In this document: positions 38,047 through 50,595 of the stretch, piece after piece | How the letters are laid out: each line of letters begins with the position of its first letter | Position numbering within the stretch: position 1 is the stretch's first letter | Source: a bacterium | GTDB lineage: Bacteria; Patescibacteriota; Andersenbacteria; UBA10190 | NCBI GenBank assembly: GCA_043811915.1 | Contig: JBDRMS010000001.1 | Span: 14,499 to 78,498 of the forward strand | DNA length: 64,000 bases | Direction: 5' to 3' | The notes under the pieces: generated by a model | The model's database searches: none | Told to the model about the DNA's origin: nothing | The model's input: only the letters and a program-made list of their open reading frames with translations | Translations under genes and position numbers: made by a program

Positions 38047-39442
38047 TGACAAGTCCGGGGTTGGCTTTGCCTTTTGTTTTCTGCATGACCTGGCCCACCA
38101 GGAATTGAAGGGCGGATTTTTTGCCGGCCTTAACTTTAGCGACAACTTCTTCGTTCTCGTTTATGACTTCCTGAATGATTTTTTCCAAGTCATTTTTATT
38201 ACTCACTTGTTCAAGTCCGAGATTTTGTAATATGTGATCGGGGTCGCCGCCGGTTTTTTGCATTTCGGCCAGCACCGGCGACAGAGCGTTTTTGTTCATC
38301 CTGCCCTGATGTAACAGGACGATGACTTCAGCAAAATTGACCGGGGTGATTTTACGGCCGGGCCGGTAGCGCAAAATAACGTTAGCGGCCGTTTTGACTA
38401 ATGACTTTAGGTCTTTGGGATCAATATCCGTCTGTTCGTTGTCCAGCTGCTGCAACTCGGATGCGGTGTTTTCAAAAAAGTCGGCCAGGGCAGGGCTGTC
38501 GGCCAGCAGCCTGGCGTGCTGCCGGGATATGTCGTGCTGTCGCAAAAGCCGCTCCCGTTTGTCGTGAGGAAGTTCGGGCAGATCAATTTTTATTTGTTCT
38601 AAATACTTGGAAGTAAAAACAAAAGGCGGAATATCAGGTTCCGGGAAATAGCGATAGTCGGCGGCCTCTTCCTTGCTGCGTTGTTCGGTTGTTTTGCCGG
38701 TATCGGCATTGAACCCGCGAGTGGATTGCTGGTCTGGTATTTTGTTGTCCTGGAATAGTTTTGTCTGGCGTTTAATTTCGTACTTCAGAGCCCGCTCGAC
38801 ATTGCGAAATGAGTTAAGATTTTTTATCTCCGTTTTGGGGTTGAGCTTTTTACTCCCCTGTTCCCGCAGGGAAATGTTGGTATCACAGCGCAATTGTCCT
38901 TTTTCCATGTCGGCAGCGGAAATTTCTAATGTGCGCGTAATCCTCTGTAGCTCCTGGAGAAAGGCTTTGGCCTGTGAGGGTGAATTAATGTCCGGCTCGG
39001 TGACTATTTCCATGAGCGGAGTACCAGCGCGATTGTAGTCAACCAGGGTGTAGTTGGCTTTGGGAGTGTGTATATTCTTGGCGGCATCTTCTTCTAAATG
39101 GATGCGGGTGATGCCAACATCAAGTAATAAGCCACGCCCGCAAAAGGGTTGATCGTATTGGCTGATCTGGTAGCCCTTGGGCAGGTCGGGATAGAAGTAA
39201 CTTTTGCGATCAAATTTACTTGTCTTGGCTAAATCGCAGCCAAGAGCGGCGCCGGCTAATTGCGTCCACTCAATGGCTTGTATATTCGGCACGGGCAGGG
39301 TGCCTGGATAGCCCAGACAAATGGGACAAATGGCGGAGTTGGGCTCAACATCACCGAAGATATTGGGACAACTGCAAAACATCTTACTTTTTGTTTTGAG
39401 CTGGACGTGGATTTCCAGACCAATGACTGCTTCCAGTTGCAT
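38012..39442 (-). CDS. gatB: Asp/Glu-tRNA amidotransferase subunit B
   Basis: IGLEIHVQL, YPDLPKGYQISQ, YRYFPEPD. Confidence 0.97.
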   Translation of the reverse strand: MQLEAVIGLEIHVQLKTKSKMFCSCPNIFGDVEPNSAICPICLGYPGTLPVPNIQAIEWTQLAGAALGCDLAKTSKFDRKSYFYPDLPKGYQISQYDQPFCGRGLLLDVGITRIHLEEDAAKNIHTPKANYTLVDYNRAGTPLMEIVTEPDINSPSQAKAFLQELQRITRTLEISAADMEKGQLRCDTNISLREQGSKKLNPKTEIKNLNSFRNVERALKYEIKRQTKLFQDNKIPDQQSTRGFNADTGKTTEQRSKEEAADYRYFPEPDIPPFVFTSKYLEQIKIDLPELPHDKRERLLRQHDISRQHARLLADSPALADFFENTASELQQLDNEQTDIDPKDLKSLVKTAANVILRYRPGRKITPVNFAEVIVLLHQGRMNKNALSPVLAEMQKTGGDPDHILQNLGLEQVSNKNDLEKIIQEVINENEEVVAKVKAGKKSALQFLVGQVMQKTKGKANPGLVINILKKQISNW

Positions 39443-39481
39443 ATAATGGAAGACTAGCTAATAGTGAGATTAAGGACAATC

Positions 39482-40054
39482 ATGATTTTATCTGATCGGG
39501 ACATTAGAGCAGCTTTGCGGGAGGGGCAGATAGTAGTAACACCCAAACCAGACTTGAAGAAGCAGCTGGGCAGTTCCAGTCTGGATTTGAGGCTGGGTAG
39601 CGAGTTTCGGGTTTTTAAACACCGTAAGCAGCCTTTTGTTGATCCTTTTGATGAGCGGACGACCAAAGGGATGACGGAGCAGGTTAAAGTGACCAGGAAA
39701 GAGCCATATATTATTCACCCTAACGAATTCGTTCTGGCTTCCACGCTGGAGTGGGTGGAATGGTCTGATAATCTGGCTGCCCGAGTAGACGGACGCAGTA
39801 GTCTGGGCAGACTGGGTTTAGTCATTCATTCCACGGCTGGTCATATTGATGCCGGTTGGCGGGGAGTGCTGACTTTGGAGTTGCGCAACATTGGCATGGT
39901 ACCGATATTGTTGTACCCGCGAATGCGGATTTGCCAGCTTATTTTTGAGTGCCTGTCCTCGCCGGCGGAGCAGCCATACACGAAGAAGCCGGGGGCCAAG
40001 TATCACAGCCAGATGGCGTCTGCCGAGACGGCTATAGCGAGAGAAAAATTATGA
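39482..40054 (+). CDS. dcd: dCTP deaminase
   Basis: MILSDRDI, GRSSLGRLG, AGHIDAGW.G. Confidence 0.95.
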   Translation: MILSDRDIRAALREGQIVVTPKPDLKKQLGSSSLDLRLGSEFRVFKHRKQPFVDPFDERTTKGMTEQVKVTRKEPYIIHPNEFVLASTLEWVEWSDNLAARVDGRSSLGRLGLVIHSTAGHIDAGWRGVLTLELRNIGMVPILLYPRMRICQLIFECLSSPAEQPYTKKPGAKYHSQMASAETAIAREKL

Positions 40055-40473
40055 TTTTGTTCAAAGTCAAAAAACTTTCACCAGACGCGAGACTGCCGAC
40101 CAAGGAAAATCCGGCTGACGCGGGGGTAGATATTTATACGAATGAATCATATACATTACAGCCGGGTGAGCGACATATGTTTTCCACAGGCATGGCTGTT
40201 GAATTTCCAGAAGGATACGTGGCGCTGTTTTGGGATCGGTCGGGCCTGGGCAGCAAGGGCATTCACCGGCTGGCGGGAGTTGTTGACAGCGGGTACCGCG
40301 GAGAGTGGAAGGTAGTGTTGCTCAACACAACGGACGAATCCTACGAGGTGAAGAAGGGCGACAAGATAGTACAATGTTTATTGCAGAAGTTTGAGCCGGT
40401 GAAGATTGAGGAAGTGGAGGTTTTAAGCGAGACGGCACGGGCCGAAGCCGGCTTCGGCAGCTCGGGGAGATAG
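40051..40473 (+). CDS. dut: dUTP diphosphatase
   Basis: DAGVD, RSGL, GVVDSGYRGE, GFGSSG. Confidence 0.96.
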   Translation: MILFKVKKLSPDARLPTKENPADAGVDIYTNESYTLQPGERHMFSTGMAVEFPEGYVALFWDRSGLGSKGIHRLAGVVDSGYRGEWKVVLLNTTDESYEVKKGDKIVQCLLQKFEPVKIEEVEVLSETARAEAGFGSSGR

Positions 40474-40479
40474 CCAGGC

Positions 40480-41079
40480 TTAAGGTGAGGGTGAGGGCTC
40501 AGAAAATACACAAAATTCGCCGCCGGGGGGAGGAGGAATGATCGTAGGAATGACAGAGGGGTTTGGGCTGGGTAGAACGCAAACAGTTGGTTCAGGAACA
40601 CCACCACCAGTGGTCCCCCAGCTTGTTGAATCGGACAAGAGCACACAGGGACCAAGGGGCCCGGAACAGGCAGCGCTTTGCTTATACTCCCCGGATTGAT
40701 CTATACAAATATAGTCTCCGCTACTGGGTAGCCGCGCTGAGGCGCAGAACTTATCCCAGAGTCCATATACCCAGAAAAGTGAAGACATCTCATTTAAGTC
40801 GCTGGCGATAACTTGAGCTTCTTTCAGGACACGCTGGCCACATAATGAAAATCCTCCACTGCCAAAGCAATAGCCGATGTCGGAATATCCTCCGGAATTT
40901 TTCCAGGCAACTTCGGCCAATGAGCGTATCTGACCCAGGTCTGATTTAACACGAGCATCCTTGGCTTTTTCGCGAGCGTTACCCAGGGCGACCAGCACCA
41001 AAGCAGCCAGAACGCCGATGATGGCGACGACGACGAGCAGTTCGATCAGGGTGAAGCCAGTGGGTTTTTTGTATCTCAT
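40480..41079 (-). CDS. Type IV pilin-like protein with a Pro-rich tail
   Basis: [15 protein letters not shown] class III signal. Confidence 0.88.
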   Translation of the reverse strand: MRYKKPTGFTLIELLVVVAIIGVLAALVLVALGNAREKAKDARVKSDLGQIRSLAEVAWKNSGGYSDIGYCFGSGGFSLCGQRVLKEAQVIASDLNEMSSLFWVYGLWDKFCASARLPSSGDYICIDQSGEYKQSAACSGPLGPCVLLSDSTSWGTTGGGVPEPTVCVLPSPNPSVIPTIIPPPPGGEFCVFSEPSPSP

Positions 41080-41097
41080 TCCATGATTATACAACAC

Positions 41098-41751
41098 TTA
41101 AAGGGGCAGAAGAAGCGGCTGAATATGCCGCCAGATTTCGTGGTGAATATCCTCGATAGAACGTTGCTGTCCCCTATCGTTGACGCTGCTGATAACAACC
41201 CAGCCGTCTTCTTTGGCGATTCTTAGATAACTGGTGCGAAAGGTGGTAAGTTTCTGCTTGTTTTCGTGATAATCTTTCTTTTTGTTGGCCAAATGCTTTA
41301 GTGAAATTTCAACAGGCGTGTCCAGAAAAATGACAAGATCTGGCTTGATTAGGCCTGGTTTGCCTTTCAGACACAGCCACTTGATCCAGCTAATCATTTT
41401 TTGCCTGTTTTTCCCCGTTAATCCGGCTGTTTGGTAGGCAATGGTACTGGTGTAAAAACGGTCACTGACGACAACGGGACGGCCGGTCTTTTTGTTTAGG
41501 TGGTTTTGTATGTCTTCGGCGCGGGAAAAAAAATCTTGAATGTATAACAGGGCTTGCTCTCGTTTGGAAAAAGGATATTTGTTTTTGAGGTGAAGAAATT
41601 TGTCGTAGATAAGCCGCCCCGTGGCACGATCTTCATGAGGAAAATGAAGTTGCAGGACATTATATTTCCTGCCGCGCAAGCGGCGAACCAGAACGTCGGT
41701 CTGTGTTTGACTGCCGCCGGCGTCTAGAGCTTCGATGACAATAAATGGCAT
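41098..41751 (-). CDS. Thymidylate kinase-like protein with a degenerate P-loop
   Basis: IEALDAGGSQTQ, FP, SDRFYTSTIAYQ, PDLVIFLD. Confidence 0.85.
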   Translation of the reverse strand: MPFIVIEALDAGGSQTQTDVLVRRLRGRKYNVLQLHFPHEDRATGRLIYDKFLHLKNKYPFSKREQALLYIQDFFSRAEDIQNHLNKKTGRPVVVSDRFYTSTIAYQTAGLTGKNRQKMISWIKWLCLKGKPGLIKPDLVIFLDTPVEISLKHLANKKKDYHENKQKLTTFRTSYLRIAKEDGWVVISSVNDRGQQRSIEDIHHEIWRHIQPLLLPL

Positions 41752-41753
41752 AG

Positions 41754-42449
41754 CTAGTTATTGTCGGCCAGGGCGGGAAATTTTTCCAGCAGGCCAGTCC
41801 AGATCAGTTCGGCGGTGTCGTTTATGCCGAGCAAGCTATTGCCAATAGCGCATTTTATGCGCAGGTAGTGGCCGGGGTTGCTTTGGCACAGCAGATCATA
41901 TTCGTTATACAAGCGTTGTTGCACTTTTATGTGGTCGGTGTATTCATCTTTGTCGTTCAGTTTTTCTTTGCGCTTTTCAAGCAGGGTGGTAGAAATTTGA
42001 GGCGGTACATCGAGAAAGATTGATATATTTTCCAGGGGCATGCCGTTGTCCTCATATTCTGTTTTTCTAACTGCCTGGTAAATATCTGGTCGTTCGAGGT
42101 CAGGGTCTTCAGACAGGGCTTCAATGACTATAAAAGCAAGACTGCTGGGAACATAGCGATCGTAAATAATAATGTCTCCTTTGTTTAAAGCATTAATCAC
42201 TTCTTCCCTGTGTTCGGCGCGGTTGGCGGAGAAGTATTTTAATTTTTCCAACCATGGCGTGCTGGCCCAGTCCCCTATTTTATTCTGCAGGCGTTTTTTT
42301 AATACCCGGCCGGACCTGGTTTGATAATCCGGGGTGGCGAAGCGATAGACGTGGCGACCATGAGACAGCAGGCGCTTGGTTAATAGCCGAGATTGTGTCT
42401 CTTTGCCCGAAGAATCGGTACCGTCGAATGAGATGAGAAGACCACTCAT
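41754..42449 (-). CDS. tmk: Thymidylate kinase
   Basis: FDGTDSSGKETQ, YDRYVPS, IFLDVP. Confidence 0.85.
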   Translation of the reverse strand: MSGLLISFDGTDSSGKETQSRLLTKRLLSHGRHVYRFATPDYQTRSGRVLKKRLQNKIGDWASTPWLEKLKYFSANRAEHREEVINALNKGDIIIYDRYVPSSLAFIVIEALSEDPDLERPDIYQAVRKTEYEDNGMPLENISIFLDVPPQISTTLLEKRKEKLNDKDEYTDHIKVQQRLYNEYDLLCQSNPGHYLRIKCAIGNSLLGINDTAELIWTGLLEKFPALADNN

Positions 42450-43123
42450 GCCGTAAGGCGGATTGCCGGGCTCATGGTGCTGGTGAGTGAGATGGTGCGG
42501 ATGAATTCTCCCTTGGCGGCGGCAGGACGGGCACCGGTCACGGCTTTGATAAACTCTCGGGCGTTGGCAATGATTTTGTCTTGTTCCCAACTGATTTTGC
42601 CTACGGCAGCATGGATATTGCCTTGTTGGTCCATCTTAAATGAGACCTGGCCGGACTGAAGAGCTTTAACAACACTGGCCGGGTTTGGAGTCACGGTGCC
42701 CGTTTTAGGATTGGGCATCAATCCCTTAGGTCCTAATATTTTGGCCGCCTTGGCAATGCGCGGCATCATGTCTGGCGTAGCGATGGTAATGTCTGCGTCC
42801 AGTGACCCATCTTTTACGATCTGATCGATTAATTCCTGTCCGCCGGAAACAGCACCTGACTGGGCCATTTCTTTTTGCAATTCGGCATTATCAGTGAAGA
42901 CAACGATGCTTTGCTGTTTGACGGCACCAGCTGGCAGCCTTACTGTTCCTCGCACCATCTGATCTGATTTAGATGGGTTGATACCTAAAAGAATGTGTAC
43001 TTCAATAGTTTCGTCAAAGCTGGAACGAGCATTTTCTTTGAGAAAGGCTACGGCAGTTGAAATATCAACTGGTTCTGCCGGGACTTTTTGCTTGATAGCC
43101 TGATAAGTTTTGCTTCTCATCAC
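42446..43123 (-). CDS. rplA: 50S ribosomal protein L1
   Basis: [26 protein letters not shown]. Confidence 0.97.
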   Translation of the reverse strand: MMRSKTYQAIKQKVPAEPVDISTAVAFLKENARSSFDETIEVHILLGINPSKSDQMVRGTVRLPAGAVKQQSIVVFTDNAELQKEMAQSGAVSGGQELIDQIVKDGSLDADITIATPDMMPRIAKAAKILGPKGLMPNPKTGTVTPNPASVVKALQSGQVSFKMDQQGNIHAAVGKISWEQDKIIANAREFIKAVTGARPAAAKGEFIRTISLTSTMSPAIRLTA

Positions 43124-43539
43124 TTAATTGTTATCCCCATTGAACGTGCAGTGCCTTCAATAATTTTCACGGCGGCGTCTATGCCGCGAGCAGACAAGTC
43201 GGTCATTTTGCGCTCGGCAATTTCTTTTACCTGCTCGCGCGTTACGGTGCCTACCTTGGCTGTATTTGGCGTGCCAGAACCCTTGCCAACTTTAGCGGCC
43301 TTTTTTAGCAGTTCAGCGGCCGGCGGTGTTTTAAGCTTAAGCGACATGGAACGATCTTCATAAATAGTGACTTCGACGGGGATAACGTCACCGACCATAT
43401 TTTTAGTCATGTCGTTAAACTGGCTGACGAAACTTTGGATGTCTACTCCATGCTGTCCCAGAGCAGGACCAATGGGAGGGGCAGGAGTAGCCTTGCCGGC
43501 GGGAGCCTGGATTTTTAATTTTGTAAGTATTTCTGGCAT
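43120..43539 (-). CDS. rplK: 50S ribosomal protein L11
   Basis: [18 protein letters not shown]. Confidence 0.98.
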   Translation of the reverse strand: MPEILTKLKIQAPAGKATPAPPIGPALGQHGVDIQSFVSQFNDMTKNMVGDVIPVEVTIYEDRSMSLKLKTPPAAELLKKAAKVGKGSGTPNTAKVGTVTREQVKEIAERKMTDLSARGIDAAVKIIEGTARSMGITIK

Positions 43540-43544
43540 AGTGT

Positions 43545-44078
43545 TTAAGCTTCTTTGTGAACTTGCAGGAAGTCAAGTTCAACGGGTGTTTCTCTACCAA
43601 AGACGTTCACCAGTACTTTAATAGTTCCTTTGGCCTCGTTAACTTCGGATACCTTGCCTTCAAAATCCTTGAAGGGGCCATCGGTAATTTTAACGGCGTC
43701 ACCTTCTTTGACATCAATTTTGTATTTGGGGTCTTCCTCGCCCATACGCTTGAGCAGCCGGTCAACTTCTTCCTGGGAAACAGGGGTGGGAGTGGTGCCG
43801 GAGCCGACGAAACCGGTAACGTTGGGGGTGTTGCGGACAACATACCAGGAATCTTCAGTGACGATCATTTCTACTAAAACATAACCGGGGAAGAGACGCT
43901 CTTCAATGGTTTGACGCTTGCCGTGCTTAACACGAATCTTTTTCTCGCGCGGGACAATGACCTGCAGGATTTTGTCTTCCATGCCCATAGACTCAGTGCG
44001 CTGCTTGAGATTGCGAGTCACATTATCTTCATATCCGGAGTAGGTATGCAGGACATACCAGTGGGCTTTGGCGCTCAT
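43545..44078 (-). CDS. nusG: Transcription factor NusG
   Basis: [21 protein letters not shown] domain, FGRETPVEL. Confidence 0.98.
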   Translation of the reverse strand: MSAKAHWYVLHTYSGYEDNVTRNLKQRTESMGMEDKILQVIVPREKKIRVKHGKRQTIEERLFPGYVLVEMIVTEDSWYVVRNTPNVTGFVGSGTTPTPVSQEEVDRLLKRMGEEDPKYKIDVKEGDAVKITDGPFKDFEGKVSEVNEAKGTIKVLVNVFGRETPVELDFLQVHKEA

Positions 44079-44299
44079 ATAACTCTTTCTAAAGAGAGAC
44101 TAAACAGGTAATCAACACCGCCGATAACAAAGCCGGTGATCAGGCAGGCTATAATAACAATAACGGTGTAGCGAAGCGTGGTTTGGCGGCTGGGCCAGGA
44201 AACTTTCTTCAGCTCATCACGCGCTTCCCTGATAAAATTTGTGACCATACCGGGAAATCGCGAGAGTCTGGAGAGTGAAATTTTGTTTTTCTTTGCCAT
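44075..44299 (-). CDS. secE: Preprotein translocase SecE
   Basis: ELKKVSWPS plus TM; upstream of nusG. Confidence 0.95.
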   Translation of the reverse strand: MAKKNKISLSRLSRFPGMVTNFIREARDELKKVSWPSRQTTLRYTVIVIIACLITGFVIGGVDYLFSLSLERVI

Positions 44300-44382
44300 T
44301 ATGTCTTTTCCTTGTGAGTCTAAAAAAGACCTCGGGGGCCTCTGACGGAATGGTAGCTGTCTTGATATTAAATGTCAAATTT

Positions 44383-46338
<1,956 letters not shown>

Positions 46339-46435
46339 TTATTAAGAGAAAAAGGAGCGGAGTTAGCCACCCTTTCCTTGGCTATAATTCTATCACAAAA
46401 TAGGCGAAAATAGAAGTTGCTAAAGGGGGATTTTG

Positions 46436-48790
46436 CTATCTTAATTGAGTGTCTAATTCTGCCTGTAAGGCGGCTACAATTTTGTTATGAATTTGGCCAA
46501 TTTCGGCGTCGGTGAGCGTCTTGTCTGGTGACTGGTAGGTAAGGTGAAAAGCCAGGCTTTTTTTAGTCTCATCGGATGGCTGGTATTCATCAAACAGGTC
46601 GACATCAACTACCAGTTGGCCGCCGGCGCGTTCTATTATTTCCTGAACTTGCTCAATCGCAATATTCTGGTCTACGAGGATAGATAAATCACGATAGATG
46701 GCAGGATATTTGGGAAGTGGCGTGAATTGAGTGAGGCTTGCCTCTTCCGACTGAAGATCAGCTAGCGAGTAAATTGCGACAGGGGACGGCCGGTCTACCT
46801 GTCGTAGTAATTCATCCAGGTTTATTTCAAAACCGTGAACGGGCAGGTGATACTTGAGCGCTGAGGTTATTTCGGGTGTTACGACGTCAGTAAGACTAAG
46901 AGAATCCAAGCCCAAGGTTTGGGCAATAATGCTGCCTGTATCTGATAGGCTAGGTGTTGACCCGACAATAACGGCGGCCAAGTGCAAATTTTCATCAACT
47001 CCGGGGATTCTGTTCCCCACCCCGGATTTATAGACATGGCCTATTTCAAACAGGGATGATTCTTTGCGTCCGGCGTGCCGGTGGAAGGCATCGCGATTGG
47101 TGGCGAGATTTTTGAGCAGGCCGGGCAGCAGGCTAAGACGAAGATTGCTCATGTCTGGTGATACTGGATTAATGAGAGATAAGAATTCTTTGCCTGCCAA
47201 ATTAGCCAGAGCAGTATATTGCTTAGGCTCAAAAGAATAGTTGAAGGTTTCTGTTAAGCCTAATTGCACAAGGGTATCTCGTACTACCTCGATCCAGTAA
47301 ATACGGTCCGGGATTGGTCGCGCTGCTACGTTAGCAGCCGTTGGAGAGGAAATTATGTTAGTAAGACCAATGACGCGAATTACTTCTTCCACTAAATCAT
47401 GTTCGCCGGAAATGTCGAGACGGTCGGTGGGGGCAGTTACTTGCCATGGTTCTTTTTTGTCGTCAACTATGAAGCGCAGATCTGTTAGTATTTGTCTGGA
47501 TTGTTCGGCGGTAGCAATGTCGGAGCCGGCCATTTTATTGACATGATGAGGGCGAAATTCAAATAGTCGAGGCGGACGAACGGCCGGGTGAGAATCGATA
47601 ACACCGGTTAGGGAGGCCCCGGCATGTTCCTGCAGGAGGCCGACGGCGCGCCTGGCGGCGTCGGTGACCAGGTTGATGTCAAGGTTTTTGCTGAAACGAA
47701 CAGATGCTTCGGTCAAAAGGGAAAGGCGGCGAGAGGTCTCCTGAACGGAAAAGGCGTTGAAGGAAGCCACCTCAAGAAAAATGTTTCTGGTGGTGCTGGA
47801 AATACTGCTGTCTATTCCTCCCATAACACCGGCAATGGCAACCGGCTTGTTGTCGCTGGTGATGACGATATCCTGTTCGGTCAGCTCCTGTTCTGTCTCA
47901 TCCAGCATAACAAGTCTTTCTCCGGCTTTGGCCAGTCGAGTGCCAATGGTTTTGCCGGGTAACCTGTCAGTATCAAAGGCGTGTGCAGGATTGCCAAGTT
48001 CAAACGTAACGTAGTTGGTAATATCGACCAGGTTGTTTAACGGCTTACCGCCGGCGGCAAGCAGGCGAGCCTGCAGCCACAGTGGCGAGGGGCGCACTGA
48101 AACTTCCTGCAGGATGGCGCCGAGATATCGTGGAGTTTTAGCTGTATCTTCAATTGTTATTGAGAATCCATCTATTGTTTTCCGGGGTGATGGCAGATCA
48201 GTAAGTGACGGCTCTAAAATTTCCAGTTTGAGCAGGGCGGATAGTTCGCGGGCAATACCGCGATGGCTTAAGCAGTCGTGAGCACGATTAGGGGTTATGT
48301 CGGCATCGAGAACAGTATCAACTGGCACGTGGTCAGCTAGTTGTGTCCCCAGGGGCGTGTCGTCCGGCAAAATCCATATACCACCGTGTTCTTTGGGGTG
48401 CAGCCCCAGCTCGCGTAGAGAGTTTATCGTGCCGGGACTTTTTTCTCCGCGAATAGTAACTTCTTTGACGGTAAACTTGTTGTTGTTTTTATCTTTAAGT
48501 CTGGTCCCCGGCGGCGAGTATGGAACGACTTGCCCTACGGCAATATTGTCGGCGCCGCAAACAATAATTATTTCCCGCTGACCGTCGGTTATGGTGGCCA
48601 GGCGGAGGCGGTCGGCATTGGGGTGCGGCTCTATTTTAGTTATTTTAACGACGACGACGCCCGGCGGCACAGCAAACTGGCCGGCTACTTCTGTCTCGAA
48701 ACTGTGCATAGTCAAAATTTCTGCTGCCTCTTCTGGAGAAATAGTGAGATCAGGTAAAAATTCCTTTAACCAGTTATATGAAATTTTCAT
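46436..48790 (-). CDS. pheT: Phenylalanyl-tRNA synthetase beta subunit
   Basis: MKISYNWL, HPNADRL, TPNR.DCLS, FDX-ACB tail. Confidence 0.96.
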   Translation of the reverse strand: MKISYNWLKEFLPDLTISPEEAAEILTMHSFETEVAGQFAVPPGVVVVKITKIEPHPNADRLRLATITDGQREIIIVCGADNIAVGQVVPYSPPGTRLKDKNNNKFTVKEVTIRGEKSPGTINSLRELGLHPKEHGGIWILPDDTPLGTQLADHVPVDTVLDADITPNRAHDCLSHRGIARELSALLKLEILEPSLTDLPSPRKTIDGFSITIEDTAKTPRYLGAILQEVSVRPSPLWLQARLLAAGGKPLNNLVDITNYVTFELGNPAHAFDTDRLPGKTIGTRLAKAGERLVMLDETEQELTEQDIVITSDNKPVAIAGVMGGIDSSISSTTRNIFLEVASFNAFSVQETSRRLSLLTEASVRFSKNLDINLVTDAARRAVGLLQEHAGASLTGVIDSHPAVRPPRLFEFRPHHVNKMAGSDIATAEQSRQILTDLRFIVDDKKEPWQVTAPTDRLDISGEHDLVEEVIRVIGLTNIISSPTAANVAARPIPDRIYWIEVVRDTLVQLGLTETFNYSFEPKQYTALANLAGKEFLSLINPVSPDMSNLRLSLLPGLLKNLATNRDAFHRHAGRKESSLFEIGHVYKSGVGNRIPGVDENLHLAAVIVGSTPSLSDTGSIIAQTLGLDSLSLTDVVTPEITSALKYHLPVHGFEINLDELLRQVDRPSPVAIYSLADLQSEEASLTQFTPLPKYPAIYRDLSILVDQNIAIEQVQEIIERAGGQLVVDVDLFDEYQPSDETKKSLAFHLTYQSPDKTLTDAEIGQIHNKIVAALQAELDTQLR

Positions 48791-49824
48791 GAGAATTGTG
48801 TTAAGAGACGAATGTCACCCGACCAGAAGAGACGAATGTCATCGATGCCGTGCTGGAGCATAACTATGCGGTCAATGGATTGCCCGAAAGCAAAGCCCTG
48901 ATATTTTTTGGGATTTACGTTCATGTTTTTGAGCACGTTAGGGTGAACCATGCCGGCTCCCATAACTTCAACCCAGCCGGTATTCTTGCAGGCACGGCAA
49001 CCTGCGGCTCGACAGAAAGTGCAGCTAATGTCTACTTCGAATCCAGGCTCTACGAAAGGAAAGTATGCCGGACGCAATCTAGTACTTACCTGCTTTTGAA
49101 AAAAGACTTTGTAAAATGTTTCAATTGTTCCTTTAAAATCTGCGATGGATATGTTGTCTCCAACTACTAGTCCTTCGAATTGGTAAAATGTTGTTTCGTG
49201 CGTGGCGTCAGTACGCTCGGCACGAAATACTCGTCCTGGCGACAATATCCGAAATGGCGGAATTAGATCATTCTCGAGTACGGCGCGAAGTTGAACGGGC
49301 GAGGTGTGGGTGCGCAGAACAAGGTTTTGTGCTTCGCCTTGTTCCTGTATGTAGAAAGTATCTGTTTCTGCCCGAGCCGGGTGTTCAAAAGGAATATTTA
49401 ACTGATCAAAGTTATATCGCGCTTCTTCGACTTCCGGTCCTTCCACAACCAGGAAGCCCATAGCTGAAAAAATTTGCTGGATGCGACGGGTGGCTAAAGT
49501 GAAAGGGTGAAGGTGGCCAATTAGCGGTTGGGCCGGGGAGAGGCCGGAGGGAGCAAAATCCGGTATTGCTGATTTAATTTTTTTTCTTTTTACCTGGTGA
49601 AGCCGCTCGAGTTTTTGGCGTAAAGCGTTACCTTGTTTGCCTATCACGCGTTTCTCTGCCAGAGAAAGGTACTTAATTTCTCTTAATAATTTGGGGATGG
49701 CCCCCTTGCGGCCGAGATAGTCGACACGCCATTGCTCGAGAGTGGTGGGATTTTTAACTTGCTCCAGCTCGAAAGTGGCTTGGCGGCTAAGCTCTGCTAG
49801 TTGTGCGGCGAGTGGCGCGATCAT
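48787..49824 (-). CDS. pheS: Phenylalanyl-tRNA synthetase alpha subunit
   Basis: HPAR, LRTHTS, YFPFVEP, GAGMVHP. Confidence 0.96.
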   Translation of the reverse strand: MIAPLAAQLAELSRQATFELEQVKNPTTLEQWRVDYLGRKGAIPKLLREIKYLSLAEKRVIGKQGNALRQKLERLHQVKRKKIKSAIPDFAPSGLSPAQPLIGHLHPFTLATRRIQQIFSAMGFLVVEGPEVEEARYNFDQLNIPFEHPARAETDTFYIQEQGEAQNLVLRTHTSPVQLRAVLENDLIPPFRILSPGRVFRAERTDATHETTFYQFEGLVVGDNISIADFKGTIETFYKVFFQKQVSTRLRPAYFPFVEPGFEVDISCTFCRAAGCRACKNTGWVEVMGAGMVHPNVLKNMNVNPKKYQGFAFGQSIDRIVMLQHGIDDIRLFWSGDIRLLTQFS

Positions 49825-50188
49825 AGCCAAGAAATATAAACTCAATAAAAATAAATATGGCAATGGCAAGCAGGGCCAGCCACCACCGGTAGAAATGCAG
49901 CAGTTGCAATAATAGTAGCAAATCCAGAAAAAGACCGAGTAGTATTCCCTGGCGCAGACTGGTTCTGACGGCGTAAGCGGAGAGCTGCCTGGGAGCGAAC
50001 AGGTGGCGGATGACATAACCAACCAGCCCGGCAGTGCTAGCGGCAGCCAGAAAGAGGGCTAAAAAGAAGAGCAGGAAACCAATTGTTCCAGCTTGCACGG
50101 GATCGAGAAATTTAATAATGGCTACCCAGATTGTCCATGAGACGATGGCGGCAACTAGCGAGCCTACGATAAAAACATGTACGGTCAT
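49787..50188 (-). CDS. Four-TM hypothetical membrane protein
   Basis: MTVHVF...LDP...SLRQGILL. Confidence 0.75.
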   Translation of the reverse strand: MTVHVFIVGSLVAAIVSWTIWVAIIKFLDPVQAGTIGFLLFFLALFLAAASTAGLVGYVIRHLFAPRQLSAYAVRTSLRQGILLGLFLDLLLLLQLLHFYRWWLALLAIAIFIFIEFIFLGYDRATRRTTSRA

Positions 50189-50298
50189 AGCCACCAGGCG
50201 ATAGCCCAAAGCAGGGCGGCAATGATAGCGAGCCTGAACCAGGGAACCTGTTCGACGGAAGAGTCTTCTATTTCGTAGGGTTGAGACATGGGAAAAGG

Positions 50299-50370
50299 CG
50301 GACCTGACGAGAGTCGAACTCGCTCTACAAGCTTGACAAGCTTGTGTGCTAACCGTTACACCACAGGTCC
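50299..50370 (-). tRNA. tRNA-Asp (GTC)
   Basis: GGACCTG/CAGGTCC+G; CAAGC-TTGTCAA-GCTTG. Confidence 0.93.
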
Positions 50371-50447
50371 TTAACCTTTGCTGCACTGTATGCGTAGGAT
50401 ATTGAAAATCCGGGCTTTTGTCTATATGTTAATGGCAGCTGGCGGGC

Positions 50448-50479
50448 TTGCCCGCCGAAGCTTTAGCGAAGAAGGCGGG
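50448..50479 (-). repeat. REP-like palindromic repeat overlapping the tRNA-Met 5' end
   Basis: Reverse complement CCCGCCTTCTTCGCTAAAGCTTCGGCGGGCAA. Confidence 0.75.
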
Positions 50480-50547
50480 GTAGCTCAGCTGGCAAGAGCG
50501 CGGGACTCATAAGCCCGAGGTCGGGAGTTCGAGCCTCCCCCCCGCTA
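50474..50547 (+). tRNA. tRNA with CAT anticodon (probably elongator Met)
   Basis: GGCGGGG/CCCCGCT+A; CTCATAA loop. Confidence 0.9.
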
Positions 50548-50568
50548 CGAACAAAAAACATGAGAATG

Positions 50569-50595
50569 AACAATCCCGCCTGAAGCGGGATTGTT
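50569..50595. terminator. Hairpin after tRNA-Met
   Basis: AACAATCCCGC-ctgaa-GCGGGATTGTT. Confidence 0.65.
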
